A DNA stretch of 64,000 nt from an uncultured virus (IMG/VR IMGVR_UViG_3300020042_006808) (Duplodnaviria > Heunggongvirae > Uroviricota > Caudoviricetes > Crassvirales), in the IMG/VR virus record IMGVR_UViG_3300020042_006808; one strand, written 5' to 3'. Both the position numbers and the translations under genes were made by a program. Position 1 is the stretch's first letter, and every line of letters begins with the position of its first letter. Shown piece after piece: positions 9,932-19,421 of the stretch. The notes under the pieces are model-generated. The model did no database searches and had not been told where the DNA came from. It saw only the letters and a program-made list of their open reading frames with translations.

Positions 9932-12900
9932 CTAGCATCCACAGCAAGCATCTAGTGTAGTTGTACTAGAGTAACACAATGTCAAAGGTACAGAATCTCT
10001 AAAATCCCAAATAAGATATAGGTAATCCTGCAAAGCAGGTACCGTAAATTGAGCAAAGTTATTAATTCCACCTCCTTGATTTGGTGTCGCTACAGTAGAC
10101 AGTCCTAGCAAAGTAGATATGTTTGCAGGAGTGTTTGTGTACAACGTATTTGACATCAAGTATCTAAACTTGTCTGTAGCAGGATTGAATACAAACGTGT
10201 CTGTAGACAACTTGTTAGAAATAATACTCAGTGTGCTTGCTGCAGGAGGAAACGCTCCGGGGCCTACAACTCCTGTCAATGAGCTATATCTTGATACCAA
10301 TGGATTATTGGTAGAAGATAAGAATATAGTGCCAACAGACTGTAATGGAGAAGTATAAGTTCCTTTAACATATCTGTACTGCGTTTGAATAGTTTGCCCT
10401 GATTGAAAGTCATTTGTAACAACAACTTGAATAATTGTCAAATTATCAGTTACAGTACATTCCGCAAGAATTGAAAGAACTATGTCTCCTGTATAATTTA
10501 TTGTTATTGTAGCTGTTTCAACAGAAATATTTCCTTTAGGGAATGTAAGTGTACCGCTAGTAGTTACAACTCCTGTGGTAAAAATGTTGCCGTCATAGTC
10601 TACAGTGATTTCAAATGATGCACCAGCACTAATTGTTTCAACTGTATAATTAATATCAGAAGTTCCAATAACAGCGCCTAAATCTACGCAGTATTCAAAT
10701 GTTTTTGATACAGCTGGTAATGTGCTAAGAGTAAATGTTTGTAATATACCACAACCTAAGCACTCAGGATTTGATGGAATGTCTATATCATTTGTAGATA
10801 GCACATACTCGTTCATGTATGGGTCAAACCCACCTAGCTTCTGAGTGTCGTATGAAAGATTGAACTCATCTCTAAACCAAGTTCTCATTCCTAGTTCAGA
10901 AATAACAGTTAGTTGGTCACTACTAGATGAGTCTCCTACAATTTGAATAACAGCTCCTCTCTTTACATCAGTAAAGAATCTATTGAAACCCCAATGCACA
11001 TAGCTTTCAGGATTAAAGCTGATTCCATATCTTTCCGTTCTTGCAATTTGGTTTCCTAAAATTTCAGGAACAGAAGCTATTACACCGCCACCTGTAGAGT
11101 CTGAAATCAAGTTCTTGCTTGCAAGCACATATGAAACCTTATCTTCTTGAAGCACCAACACGTCAGTATTTCTACCATCCATTATGTAGATGTCTCCAAA
11201 GGATGGCTCTAATACTTTGTAGTTAAGCAAGCCAAGGTTAAACTCATTGAGCTTGTTCACGTTTGACTCTGCGCTATAGACACCACTATAAGTAATGTCA
11301 GCAAATCTATCTGCAGCCTTATAGTCCTGAGCGGAAACACTAGTCACTCTGTTACCAAAGTTAAAGGAGTTACCAACCAATGAGTCTCTAATCTTATAAC
11401 TCTCCGCACCGTTTCCAAATGCAAAGCAGTTAAAGAACTTAGTGTCAACTATTGCAGGAGTACCTGTACCAATGTTTTGGTTCTGAATATTTCCTTGATG
11501 GTTTCCATTCACAATAGCAAATGACATCTCGTTCTCAAAGAATACATCAGGCAAAGCATCCGATGGTTCGGTCTCAAAGATTATAACTTTATCAGAACGA
11601 AAGACAGTAATGTTTACCTCTACGTTTGAATCTCTTGCTCTTGGCTTTAGTCCTGCACCTTGACAAGCCTCAGTTCCTGTCACCATTAACTGAAGCTCAT
11701 TAGTCACAGGGTCTCTATAGAACTGATAGTAGTTTGTGCAAAGAGCTGAAACAATAGCTGGAGTAATAGCTGGTGTAGCTGAAATTGCTGAATAAAATAC
11801 ATTTTGAATAGGACAACCTCCTCCTCCAACAATCTGTATTCCATCATTCAAGTACTGCTCAATATTTTCTCCCACAAACCAATCATATATATTACTGTAT
11901 ACGTTTGGAGATATGAAAGTTCTTTCAAAAGTATTTCTTCTTTCCTCACATTGATTACCTGAGCCACCTCTGAATTGCTTTATTGACATTACAATTCTAC
12001 TTCCTGCAGGAACATTATAATCTATAAAAGTCCAAGAAGGATTTAAGGCATCAGTACCCGCTATGTTCATAGGGTAAAATAAAATAGGATAATCTCCCCC
12101 TTGCTTCTCCTTTACCGTTATTCTTCCGGGAGCAATAATTGCATTCTCATCTTGAATAACATTAAAGCTATTTGGATTTATCTTAGCATATACTCCTGCA
12201 GGCACAGGTATAAAAATCGTAGGGTCATTTTCGCTTGGTATCTCAATAAACCCCTCAGCCTGAGAAGACTTCTCAAGAACAGTAGCGTAAACACAACTAG
12301 TAGTAGGACCTTCTGAGTCCGCCTTAACAATAAATCTATCACCAACCTCTACCTTTCTAGAGTTTTCTCCTTCCAATAAGAAATAAGCACTATTGCTATT
12401 TGGGTCCTCAAAGAATATATTGCAATAAATTACCTCATAATTCTCTTGGTCAGGCTTCATGACAAACTTGTATCTAGTAGCCCAAGCAGGAGGCGCCTGT
12501 TGAGGTGGTATCGTAACCTGAATAGAGTTCTTGAAAGAGGATAATCCACAAGATACGTGCTGAGTATTGTTTGGACTAACTAAGGCTGTTGTAGCCCTGT
12601 TAAAATCATCCATATAGACAATACCAATCTCGTAGTCTCTATTACTATGAAGGCTTTGAGTATTAGCTATTTCTTGAAAAGTTGCCAGAGCAAATGTGAT
12701 ACTATAATATTCGTATACCTCCTGAGTTGGAGTTGCAATATTGTCGACATATTTCATTGCAGGAATCTGTAGACCAATCTCATTACTAGCAGGGGATGTT
12801 AGTATTCCAATACCTTGACCAACCGCACTAATTCCACTCGCTGTTTTAAACAATCCACTTAAAGTGGCGGGTAAATCACAATTAAATTGGTCTGTAAATG

Positions 12901-14365
12901 TTATTCCATTGCAATAAGTTGCAAGAGGTTGAATATTCCCAGCATCTCCTATAGCATTTTGAAACTCTACACTAGAACCCAAATCATATACTGAGGTATA
13001 ATCTCTAGGTAAAAAGAAAACAAAATTTAATTTTACGTTATCTGTAGTTTCAGTTGGAAATGGAGCATCTCCTGTAAATTGGGCATGGTCTATAGTCAAA
13101 TCTAAACTTATTGCAGAACCTGCAACCAATAACTTATCTACTAAATCAATATAGACTATTGAGTCAGGAACACTTACAGCACCATCAATAGAGTAATTCC
13201 CTGATTGAACGCTAGTGTCTGTGTCTGTTAAGCCAATATCTTCAGAAACCAATGTTGTAAAGTACTCAAACATTATTGGCACACCGTTTTCGTCTAATAA
13301 GTCATAGCCCTCTATATAGTTGCCATACATCAATCTGTTTCCCATAATAGTCTGAGCCTTTGCAAATCGAGGTACGTTATCGTATAGCCTCAATAGTTCT
13401 GACTCAGAGAGTATGGTAAAGATTTTACTATTTGTAAACGTATACTCCTCTAGGACATTGTCAACCAATCCCAAGTTTTCTTTATCAAGCTTCTCAATAA
13501 CTTTAATAACATTCCCATCTGACCTTTTAAATAGTAGGTCAATACCGATAACCAAAGGGCCACCTGTATTATAAGTAATGATAGCTGAATTGCATAGATT
13601 GGTCATGCCCTCATTCAAATAGCTCTCAACACTAAAGCCGAAAGACTTTGGTATGAACGCAGGCTGAGACCATTGAGAAGTAGCACTATACTCTCCATCA
13701 ATGTATTTGTATCTATAAGCAAAGCAAATAAATCTTGTCTCTAAGAAATTCTCTTGACCATTATTTACTATTGGTTGAACTTCAGGAGACTCTAGAGGTG
13801 GCTTCTTTATTACCAACAAAGACTCAGCACTTACTTGGTCTATGTTAGCAATAGGATTAGGATAAGTTCTTTGAATATTTATTCCTCTGGGAGCATTGTA
13901 GTCGTCTGTGAAGAACAAAAGTTTGTTGTCCAAAATATCCACTCCTGTGATAAGGTAGCTTGGATTAAAATTCAAAGTGGTATCAACACCACCCCCATCA
14001 TTAATAGAGATGACATGGTAAGTCAAAATATTAGTGCTGACATTAAAAGAAACAATCAAGTCTAACTTACCTGTAGCTCCAACTGGAAAGTTGGAGTCAT
14101 GCACAAACCAATAAAGTGTTTCAGTAACGCTATTTTCAATAGCCCCTATACATCTTGCAGAAGCACTAAGAGGAGTCCCATCAAGATAAGTTAAAGAAGT
14201 CAAGGGTAAATTCCCCTTTGTATTTTCAATAACACCAATCTCAGATTCTTCTGTAGAACCCATTCTGATGTTCATAGCATCAATGTATTCTCCGTCAGGA
14301 ATGACTCTTTCGTCATAGACTTTGTTCATCCTTCCCGTTGTGAAGTTTCTGCTAATCTTTACCAT
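9932..14365 (-). CDS. Tail nozzle / stabilisation protein (P22 gp10-like, tail tubular B-like)
   Basis: N-terminal NFTTGRMNKVYDERVIPDGEYIDAMNIR; FAYRYKYIDGEYSATSQWS; NRLMYGNYIEGY; LGGFDPYMNEYVLS; 1477 aa. Confidence 0.7.
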   Translation of the reverse strand: MVKISRNFTTGRMNKVYDERVIPDGEYIDAMNIRMGSTEESEIGVIENTKGNLPLTSLTYLDGTPLSASARCIGAIENSVTETLYWFVHDSNFPVGATGKLDLIVSFNVSTNILTYHVISINDGGGVDTTLNFNPSYLITGVDILDNKLLFFTDDYNAPRGINIQRTYPNPIANIDQVSAESLLVIKKPPLESPEVQPIVNNGQENFLETRFICFAYRYKYIDGEYSATSQWSQPAFIPKSFGFSVESYLNEGMTNLCNSAIITYNTGGPLVIGIDLLFKRSDGNVIKVIEKLDKENLGLVDNVLEEYTFTNSKIFTILSESELLRLYDNVPRFAKAQTIMGNRLMYGNYIEGYDLLDENGVPIMFEYFTTLVSEDIGLTDTDTSVQSGNYSIDGAVSVPDSIVYIDLVDKLLVAGSAISLDLTIDHAQFTGDAPFPTETTDNVKLNFVFFLPRDYTSVYDLGSSVEFQNAIGDAGNIQPLATYCNGITFTDQFNCDLPATLSGLFKTASGISAVGQGIGILTSPASNEIGLQIPAMKYVDNIATPTQEVYEYYSITFALATFQEIANTQSLHSNRDYEIGIVYMDDFNRATTALVSPNNTQHVSCGLSSFKNSIQVTIPPQQAPPAWATRYKFVMKPDQENYEVIYCNIFFEDPNSNSAYFLLEGENSRKVEVGDRFIVKADSEGPTTSCVYATVLEKSSQAEGFIEIPSENDPTIFIPVPAGVYAKINPNSFNVIQDENAIIAPGRITVKEKQGGDYPILFYPMNIAGTDALNPSWTFIDYNVPAGSRIVMSIKQFRGGSGNQCEERRNTFERTFISPNVYSNIYDWFVGENIEQYLNDGIQIVGGGGCPIQNVFYSAISATPAITPAIVSALCTNYYQFYRDPVTNELQLMVTGTEACQGAGLKPRARDSNVEVNITVFRSDKVIIFETEPSDALPDVFFENEMSFAIVNGNHQGNIQNQNIGTGTPAIVDTKFFNCFAFGNGAESYKIRDSLVGNSFNFGNRVTSVSAQDYKAADRFADITYSGVYSAESNVNKLNEFNLGLLNYKVLEPSFGDIYIMDGRNTDVLVLQEDKVSYVLASKNLISDSTGGGVIASVPEILGNQIARTERYGISFNPESYVHWGFNRFFTDVKRGAVIQIVGDSSSSDQLTVISELGMRTWFRDEFNLSYDTQKLGGFDPYMNEYVLSTNDIDIPSNPECLGCGILQTFTLSTLPAVSKTFEYCVDLGAVIGTSDINYTVETISAGASFEITVDYDGNIFTTGVVTTSGTLTFPKGNISVETATITINYTGDIVLSILAECTVTDNLTIIQVVVTNDFQSGQTIQTQYRYVKGTYTSPLQSVGTIFLSSTNNPLVSRYSSLTGVVGPGAFPPAASTLSIISNKLSTDTFVFNPATDKFRYLMSNTLYTNTPANISTLLGLSTVATPNQGGGINNFAQFTVPALQDYLYLIWDFRDSVPLTLCYSSTTTLDACCGC

Positions 14366-14366
14366 C

Positions 14367-15290
14367 TTATTTAATTATCTTGTCTAAACCTCTCATGTTC
14401 ATCAATAGTCTTCCGGGATGAATATTGCTGATTCTTATTTTAGCATTCCTCAATAAAGCAGACCTTTCTTTACGAGCACGAGTAACCACGTACTCCTGAA
14501 CCCCCAACTTGCTACTTAAAATCTCACACTGAATGTAAGCATAAATGTACTTTTCAAATAGTTTATTAACAGTAATCTTAGAATTATCTCCTTGCTCCAT
14601 ACCATCAGATACGTACTCAACAATACAAGATTGTCCAGCCATTGGAGAATCAAAATTAATTACTCCTGCTTTCCTATCAATATTGAAGGTAGGATTAAAG
14701 TTTGCGGTCTCTGTATTGAGACCAAAAGCTGCACCAATGGTCCCTTCAAAATACCACATACCATCATAGTTATATCCCTCATTTCCATCGAATTGACTAG
14801 CACCATTTAAATAAATGCTTTTCTTAATCTTTGTAATATTGTCAAAGTCTATTTGAGAAAACTGAGGACTCAATGCATTTCCATCTTGGTCAAATAAAAT
14901 CCGACCTGTATTATCTTGAAGATAAGCATTAGATGAAAGTGTTTGAATATTCTCAGACAATGGTCTTAACCATCCATCTTTATACAAGGAGATTCTAACC
15001 CAATTGACATAGTCAGATGGGAAGATGAATTTTAAATTGTCAGGCACAGTAAGCTGAAGAACTTTTATTTCTTTGAACGCATCGTAGTTAAGCTCTTGAA
15101 CAGCTCGCTTTGCGTGAAACAATATCTTATAGCGCTCCTCATTGTTGACCAATGAGTGGTTGCCTGAGTACATTAACAAGAAGTTGTTAACAACGTCTTG
15201 AAGACTGATATATTGATACGAGCCCCAATTAGCATTTTCAGGTGCCGCTCCATCGTTCTCGTAATATTGGTATTGTGATAAGTATGTCAT
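14367..15290 (-). CDS. Virion structural protein (head-tail connector/ring)
   Basis: 307-aa ORF tightly coupled between adaptor and nozzle genes. Confidence 0.5.
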   Translation of the reverse strand: MTYLSQYQYYENDGAAPENANWGSYQYISLQDVVNNFLLMYSGNHSLVNNEERYKILFHAKRAVQELNYDAFKEIKVLQLTVPDNLKFIFPSDYVNWVRISLYKDGWLRPLSENIQTLSSNAYLQDNTGRILFDQDGNALSPQFSQIDFDNITKIKKSIYLNGASQFDGNEGYNYDGMWYFEGTIGAAFGLNTETANFNPTFNIDRKAGVINFDSPMAGQSCIVEYVSDGMEQGDNSKITVNKLFEKYIYAYIQCEILSSKLGVQEYVVTRARKERSALLRNAKIRISNIHPGRLLMNMRGLDKIIK

Positions 15291-15300
15291 GTCTTATTTT

Positions 15301-16239
15301 TTATGGATTCTGCTCCTGTTGTTCTTTAGCCATGCTGAATTGAACCACCTCTGACTCTCTAATTGACACTCCACAATATTGAAGTATTCTTGAAACTAAT
15401 TTATATTCATCCTCAAATCGCAATTCAAAGTCTTGATAGTCCGCTTGTGACTGGTCGAATACAGGCTCTCCATTTGTCAGAGTAATATAGGTCCATTTTG
15501 GTGGCTCAGGAAATCTAAAGTAAATGCACTCAACTTGTCCCTTTTTTTGAATAGAAGATGGATACATTGTAATCACCTCTCCTTGAAAGGTGTAAGCAGG
15601 AAACTGAATTGTTGGAGCTGTAAGGTTAGAATTATTTAAAAGCATAATCTTCGCATTGTTAACCTTTTCAGTTTGAACAATTGTGGCTGAAGAAATTACA
15701 GCGTATGAATTTGCAGATGCCAAGAATATGTTTGACGACAATTGTATTGTGGTATTGCTTACTACCAACACAACTGTACTAACTAATCCTGTCGTAAGGT
15801 TAGTGACAATATCTCCCGGTACTATTCCCTTTGATAAAAATGCTCCTGCACTATCAACTAGGTTACTCGCAGATACAGACGTGTTTGTTCCTGTTGCCAG
15901 AACGACTGGCTTACATTGTATATCTAATATGTAGTAAGGATAATAACCTGTAGTAGTTGGGGTTGGTGATGAGAACTTGTTAGCTGAAATATTAGTAAGG
16001 TAATCAGTTCTTAAAAACCCCTCCATTGTTTCTGCTATCGGCTGCTCCACATCAGCGTAATCAGTGCCTGCCATTCGAGAGTTCTCGGCATTTATTGTTT
16101 TGTTATAGGCGTCAAAATACTCCTCAAAGATTTGCATTTGTGCATTTAGCGCAAACAAATTAAAATCTGAAGGGGAGATGTAGCCGTAGTTGTTCTTGTT
16201 CAAAACGGATAGTACCGTATTTCTAACAGAGTTTATCAT
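15301..16239 (-). CDS. Head-tail adaptor / tail tubular A-like ring protein with an inserted beta-domain
   Basis: INSVRNTVLSVLNKNNYGYISPSDFNLFALNAQ start and YFRFPEPPKW...DFEL end; position downstream of the capsid block. Confidence 0.55.
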   Translation of the reverse strand: MINSVRNTVLSVLNKNNYGYISPSDFNLFALNAQMQIFEEYFDAYNKTINAENSRMAGTDYADVEQPIAETMEGFLRTDYLTNISANKFSSPTPTTTGYYPYYILDIQCKPVVLATGTNTSVSASNLVDSAGAFLSKGIVPGDIVTNLTTGLVSTVVLVVSNTTIQLSSNIFLASANSYAVISSATIVQTEKVNNAKIMLLNNSNLTAPTIQFPAYTFQGEVITMYPSSIQKKGQVECIYFRFPEPPKWTYITLTNGEPVFDQSQADYQDFELRFEDEYKLVSRILQYCGVSIRESEVVQFSMAKEQQEQNP

Positions 16240-16265
16240 TTTTTTGCCTTTTTACAAATATAAAC

Positions 16266-16298
16266 AAAAAAAAGGAGGCATTACAACGCCCCCTTCTT
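16266..16298 (-). terminator. Rho-independent terminator
   Basis: On the minus strand: GAAGGGGGCG-loop-GCCTCCTT followed by a T tract, after ORF 16318..17058. Confidence 0.7.
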
Positions 16299-16317
16299 AA
16301 CCAATTAATCAACCATT

Positions 16318-17058
16318 TTAAGCTAAAATTGCTTCTAACATCTTCAATGAATCAATCCCTTCATCGCTTTGCAGGAATCCTCCTGCTATTTCGTAAGGGT
16401 CTTCCCCGTAAGGAATAGACATCATCTTCTTTTTGTTAGTTGAGGTGTTAAACCAAATCTCCTTGTCACCGTTTCTCAAGACCAAGAACTTGTTTTCAAA
16501 AAACATTCTAATCTTTGCTTGGTATTTTAACTCAGGGTCATTCAATATATTTAAAAACTCTTTAGGGTCAGTCTTAGCAAACACTAAGATGTCACGTTTC
16601 AATTCAGCAGTAGACACCATTGATGGGTCCTTGCCAAACATCACTCTAGTAAGAGTTTCAATTTGGTCCATAGTTAATTGACGAGCTTCTATTAACGCTT
16701 CTACTTCTAGGTTTAAGTCCTCAACTTGTTCAGCTGCTTCTTTTTCTTTATCTACCTCAGCAAATACAACACCATTAAATGGGTGATAGTGAAGAAATTG
16801 TTGAAGTACAGGATTTTGTTTTGGTACTCTCAAAAACCCATCTTCAAAAACAATGGATTCAATAATTGCATTTCCATCTTGCTCGTCTTCAAAAGGAGAC
16901 TTTTGATTGGTTGCATATCTTAATGCACGGTTCTGATTGTTCTTCTCATCAAACCACATCAGAGGAAATCTAGGATGATTTCTTGAAGCCAATGTATAAG
17001 ACAGTGGACTTCCTATTTTTAATTTGTAGACTTTGTCTACAGGGATATTCTTTGCCAT
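16318..17058 (-). CDS. Conserved phage protein of the capsid block (function unknown)
   Basis: 246-aa ORF downstream of the major capsid gene. Confidence 0.6.
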   Translation of the reverse strand: MAKNIPVDKVYKLKIGSPLSYTLASRNHPRFPLMWFDEKNNQNRALRYATNQKSPFEDEQDGNAIIESIVFEDGFLRVPKQNPVLQQFLHYHPFNGVVFAEVDKEKEAAEQVEDLNLEVEALIEARQLTMDQIETLTRVMFGKDPSMVSTAELKRDILVFAKTDPKEFLNILNDPELKYQAKIRMFFENKFLVLRNGDKEIWFNTSTNKKKMMSIPYGEDPYEIAGGFLQSDEGIDSLKMLEAILA

Positions 17059-17087
17059 TTTTTAATTAATTTAATTTGATTTAAAAT

Positions 17088-17112
17088 AAAGGGAGTCAAA
17101 ACAACTCCCTTA
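17088..17112 (-). terminator. Hairpin/terminator after 17124..17522
   Basis: AAGGGAGT-caaaaca-ACTCCCTT inverted repeat, followed by a T-rich run on the minus strand. Confidence 0.6.
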
Positions 17113-17123
17113 TTGATTTGCCT

Positions 17124-17522
17124 TTAATTGCAAGACTTGCCTGTTCTTTTAGACCTAGAAATTTTTTGTCTTGTACTAATAAATGGTTTATTATTTCCAC
17201 TAGAAGTAACTGCATCTTTTACATTTTGAATAGCCTTTCCTACAGCACTTTTACCTTTTCTCTTAGCCGCAACAGGAGCCTTAGCTGCAGGAGTAACAGG
17301 CTTAGGAGCAATGATTCCTGCTCTAGTTGTTACACTAACTGCTTTTGCTCCTTCTCCTAAAGTCTTAGTTTTAGTAGGATTCTTTGTGTCCGCCTGATTT
17401 CTAACAAGACCCATCTTATACCCAGGGGGAGCGACAGTCTGTCCTGATTTAGAATCAGAGCCAACCTTAGAGGTAGGCATTTTATCTTTTTTCTTTAAAC
17501 CCGGTCCTTTTGCAATAGCCAT
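17124..17522 (-). CDS. Small Lys/Ala-rich basic protein
   Basis: 132 aa, highly basic, PAAKAPVAAKRK; followed by its own hairpin. Confidence 0.6.
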   Translation of the reverse strand: MAIAKGPGLKKKDKMPTSKVGSDSKSGQTVAPPGYKMGLVRNQADTKNPTKTKTLGEGAKAVSVTTRAGIIAPKPVTPAAKAPVAAKRKGKSAVGKAIQNVKDAVTSSGNNKPFISTRQKISRSKRTGKSCN

Positions 17523-17544
17523 GATATCTTTTGTTTAAAGGTTA

Positions 17545-17571
17545 AAATAGGGGCCAATCGGCCCCTCTATT
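17545..17571 (-). terminator. Hairpin/terminator after 17577..17918
   Basis: AGGGGCC-aatc-GGCCCCT inverted repeat with a downstream T run on the minus strand. Confidence 0.65.
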
Positions 17572-17576
17572 TATTT

Positions 17577-17918
17577 TTACTTCTTTGCTTTAAGTTTTTG
17601 AACTAATTGATTAGCCCCAAACTTACTCTCACTAGTAGCTATGTTTCCTTTTGATGTAACCTTACCACTTGCATCCTTAATCATATAGTTATAAGTGTCT
17701 TTATCTGGATTCTTCATATTTGTAGTATCAATTGACATCTTATATCCTTTAGTAAGATTAACATCCATTAATGCTCTTTTACTAACAGGCTTCTTTACTG
17801 GTTCGTCAACAATTCTAGAGGCACTTACTGTAACCTGAGGTAGTGTTCTCGGTCCTTTAATCGGGTCTCCACCCCTTTTCTTTGGGACGGGGTCTCCTAC
17901 TTTTTTCTTAATAGCCAT
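17577..17918 (-). CDS. Small Lys-rich protein
   Basis: 113-aa basic ORF flanked by hairpins. Confidence 0.6.
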   Translation of the reverse strand: MAIKKKVGDPVPKKRGGDPIKGPRTLPQVTVSASRIVDEPVKKPVSKRALMDVNLTKGYKMSIDTTNMKNPDKDTYNYMIKDASGKVTSKGNIATSESKFGANQLVQKLKAKK

Positions 17919-17942
17919 TGTCTCTTTAGTTTAGATTTTTTT

Positions 17943-17974
17943 AAAAAGGAGAGTGTCATTAAAGACACCCTCCA
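17943..17974 (-). terminator. Terminator after the major capsid gene
   Basis: GGAGAGTGTC-attaaa-GACACCCTCC stem followed by TTTT on the minus strand. Confidence 0.7.
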
Positions 17975-17982
17975 TTTATTTA

Positions 17983-19401
17983 TCAACCAAATCTAAACAA
18001 TACGAAGTTGTTTGCACCAAGGGTACATACACAACGCTCAGATAGGAAGTTGACCTCCATTGCATCAAGGTCGCTAGTAGCGGCACCACCTGCAGAACCT
18101 GTAATCCAAGTCTTGTAACGTCTGTCTTCAGCTTCAGAAGCTCTGTAACGTACGTGCAAGAATGGACGCTTAGCGTTCTTACCCATGATTTGGTCATACA
18201 CTGAAGTAGAACCTGCAGGAACCAACAAACCGGTAATAGTACCTGTTGCAGTAGAAGCAGCAGTAGATAAACCACCACGCATAGTTGGGTCGTTTAAGTA
18301 CTTCCAATCAGACTTGTAGAAGTCATAACCTCTACGGAATCCAGTGAATCCAAGGTTCAACGCCATGTCAACATCATTGTCGAATAGACCATAAGATGCG
18401 CCACCTGCAGCACTACCTCCATTGTATCCGTTCAAGGTAGCCAACATATTATCAATGTCGAAGCTAAGACCACGGTTTACAAATACTACGTTCTCTTCGA
18501 TAGCACCTTGCTTGTCAAGACGAGAAACAATAGTGTCCCAATCAGGAAGAGTAGTTGGAGTTCCACCACCCCATACGTTTCCTCTTGCGTTTACAACGTA
18601 GAAGATACCTTCAGAGCCCATCATTCCGGCAGTATTAGCGCCTGAACCTGCAGCTGCAGGAACTGCTTCAATCATTGCAGTCTCAAGATAATCTTCAAAA
18701 CGAAGACGAGTCTCGTGCTCAGATTTCAAATACCACAAGTAACCTGTAGCACCGTTCTCGGTAGTAACTTCAATCCAACCGATTTGAGCCATGTCAGAAC
18801 CGTTAACCGCATACTTATCTTTGATGATAATAGGGTTGTTAGAGAAGATGCTATCTTCTGATTCCAAAGACCCAACCATTCCAGTAGTACCTTTTCTAAA
18901 TTCAGAACCGTAAATAAATACAGTACACTGAGTAGAAACTGCAAAAGCCTGTCCTGTTGACTCATAGTAAGCTACTGTGAAAGTAGTTGCAGAAGGAACA
19001 GCAGTAACGATTGCTTTGTTAAACACCCCTGAAGAGTTGTTTTGAATCATTACAGTCTGTCCAATACGGATAGCAATATAAGTAACACCTGTATCAGCAA
19101 CTGTGAAAGTAGCTGTGTTAGCAGCAGCAGCAGCTGCTGAAGTACAGTTGGTATACTTAATGTGTAGACGACCTTGTTCTGCCCACTTAACTTGGTCAGA
19201 ATTTGAAGGCATCTCAGCTCCAACCATTCTTAGGAAGGAAGCAATTGTTCTATTACCATAACGCTCAAATTCTTTCTCATAAGTATCAGGTAGATACTGG
19301 TTCAAGAAATCAAAGTTGGTAATATAGTTTGTTTGTAACGCCACTTGCTCAGCAGCTGGCTGCAAAGCGAAGGTGGGGTTGCTTAATAATGCACTTGCCA
19401 T
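17983..19401 (-). CDS. Major capsid protein
   Basis: 472 aa, after portal and scaffold, followed by a strong terminator; YLPDTYEKEFERYGNR and KWAEQGRLH motifs recalled from this phage group. Confidence 0.8.
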   Translation of the reverse strand: MASALLSNPTFALQPAAEQVALQTNYITNFDFLNQYLPDTYEKEFERYGNRTIASFLRMVGAEMPSNSDQVKWAEQGRLHIKYTNCTSAAAAAANTATFTVADTGVTYIAIRIGQTVMIQNNSSGVFNKAIVTAVPSATTFTVAYYESTGQAFAVSTQCTVFIYGSEFRKGTTGMVGSLESEDSIFSNNPIIIKDKYAVNGSDMAQIGWIEVTTENGATGYLWYLKSEHETRLRFEDYLETAMIEAVPAAAGSGANTAGMMGSEGIFYVVNARGNVWGGGTPTTLPDWDTIVSRLDKQGAIEENVVFVNRGLSFDIDNMLATLNGYNGGSAAGGASYGLFDNDVDMALNLGFTGFRRGYDFYKSDWKYLNDPTMRGGLSTAASTATGTITGLLVPAGSTSVYDQIMGKNAKRPFLHVRYRASEAEDRRYKTWITGSAGGAATSDLDAMEVNFLSERCVCTLGANNFVLFRFG

Positions 19402-19421
19402 TGTTTTTTAGTTTTTAGTTT

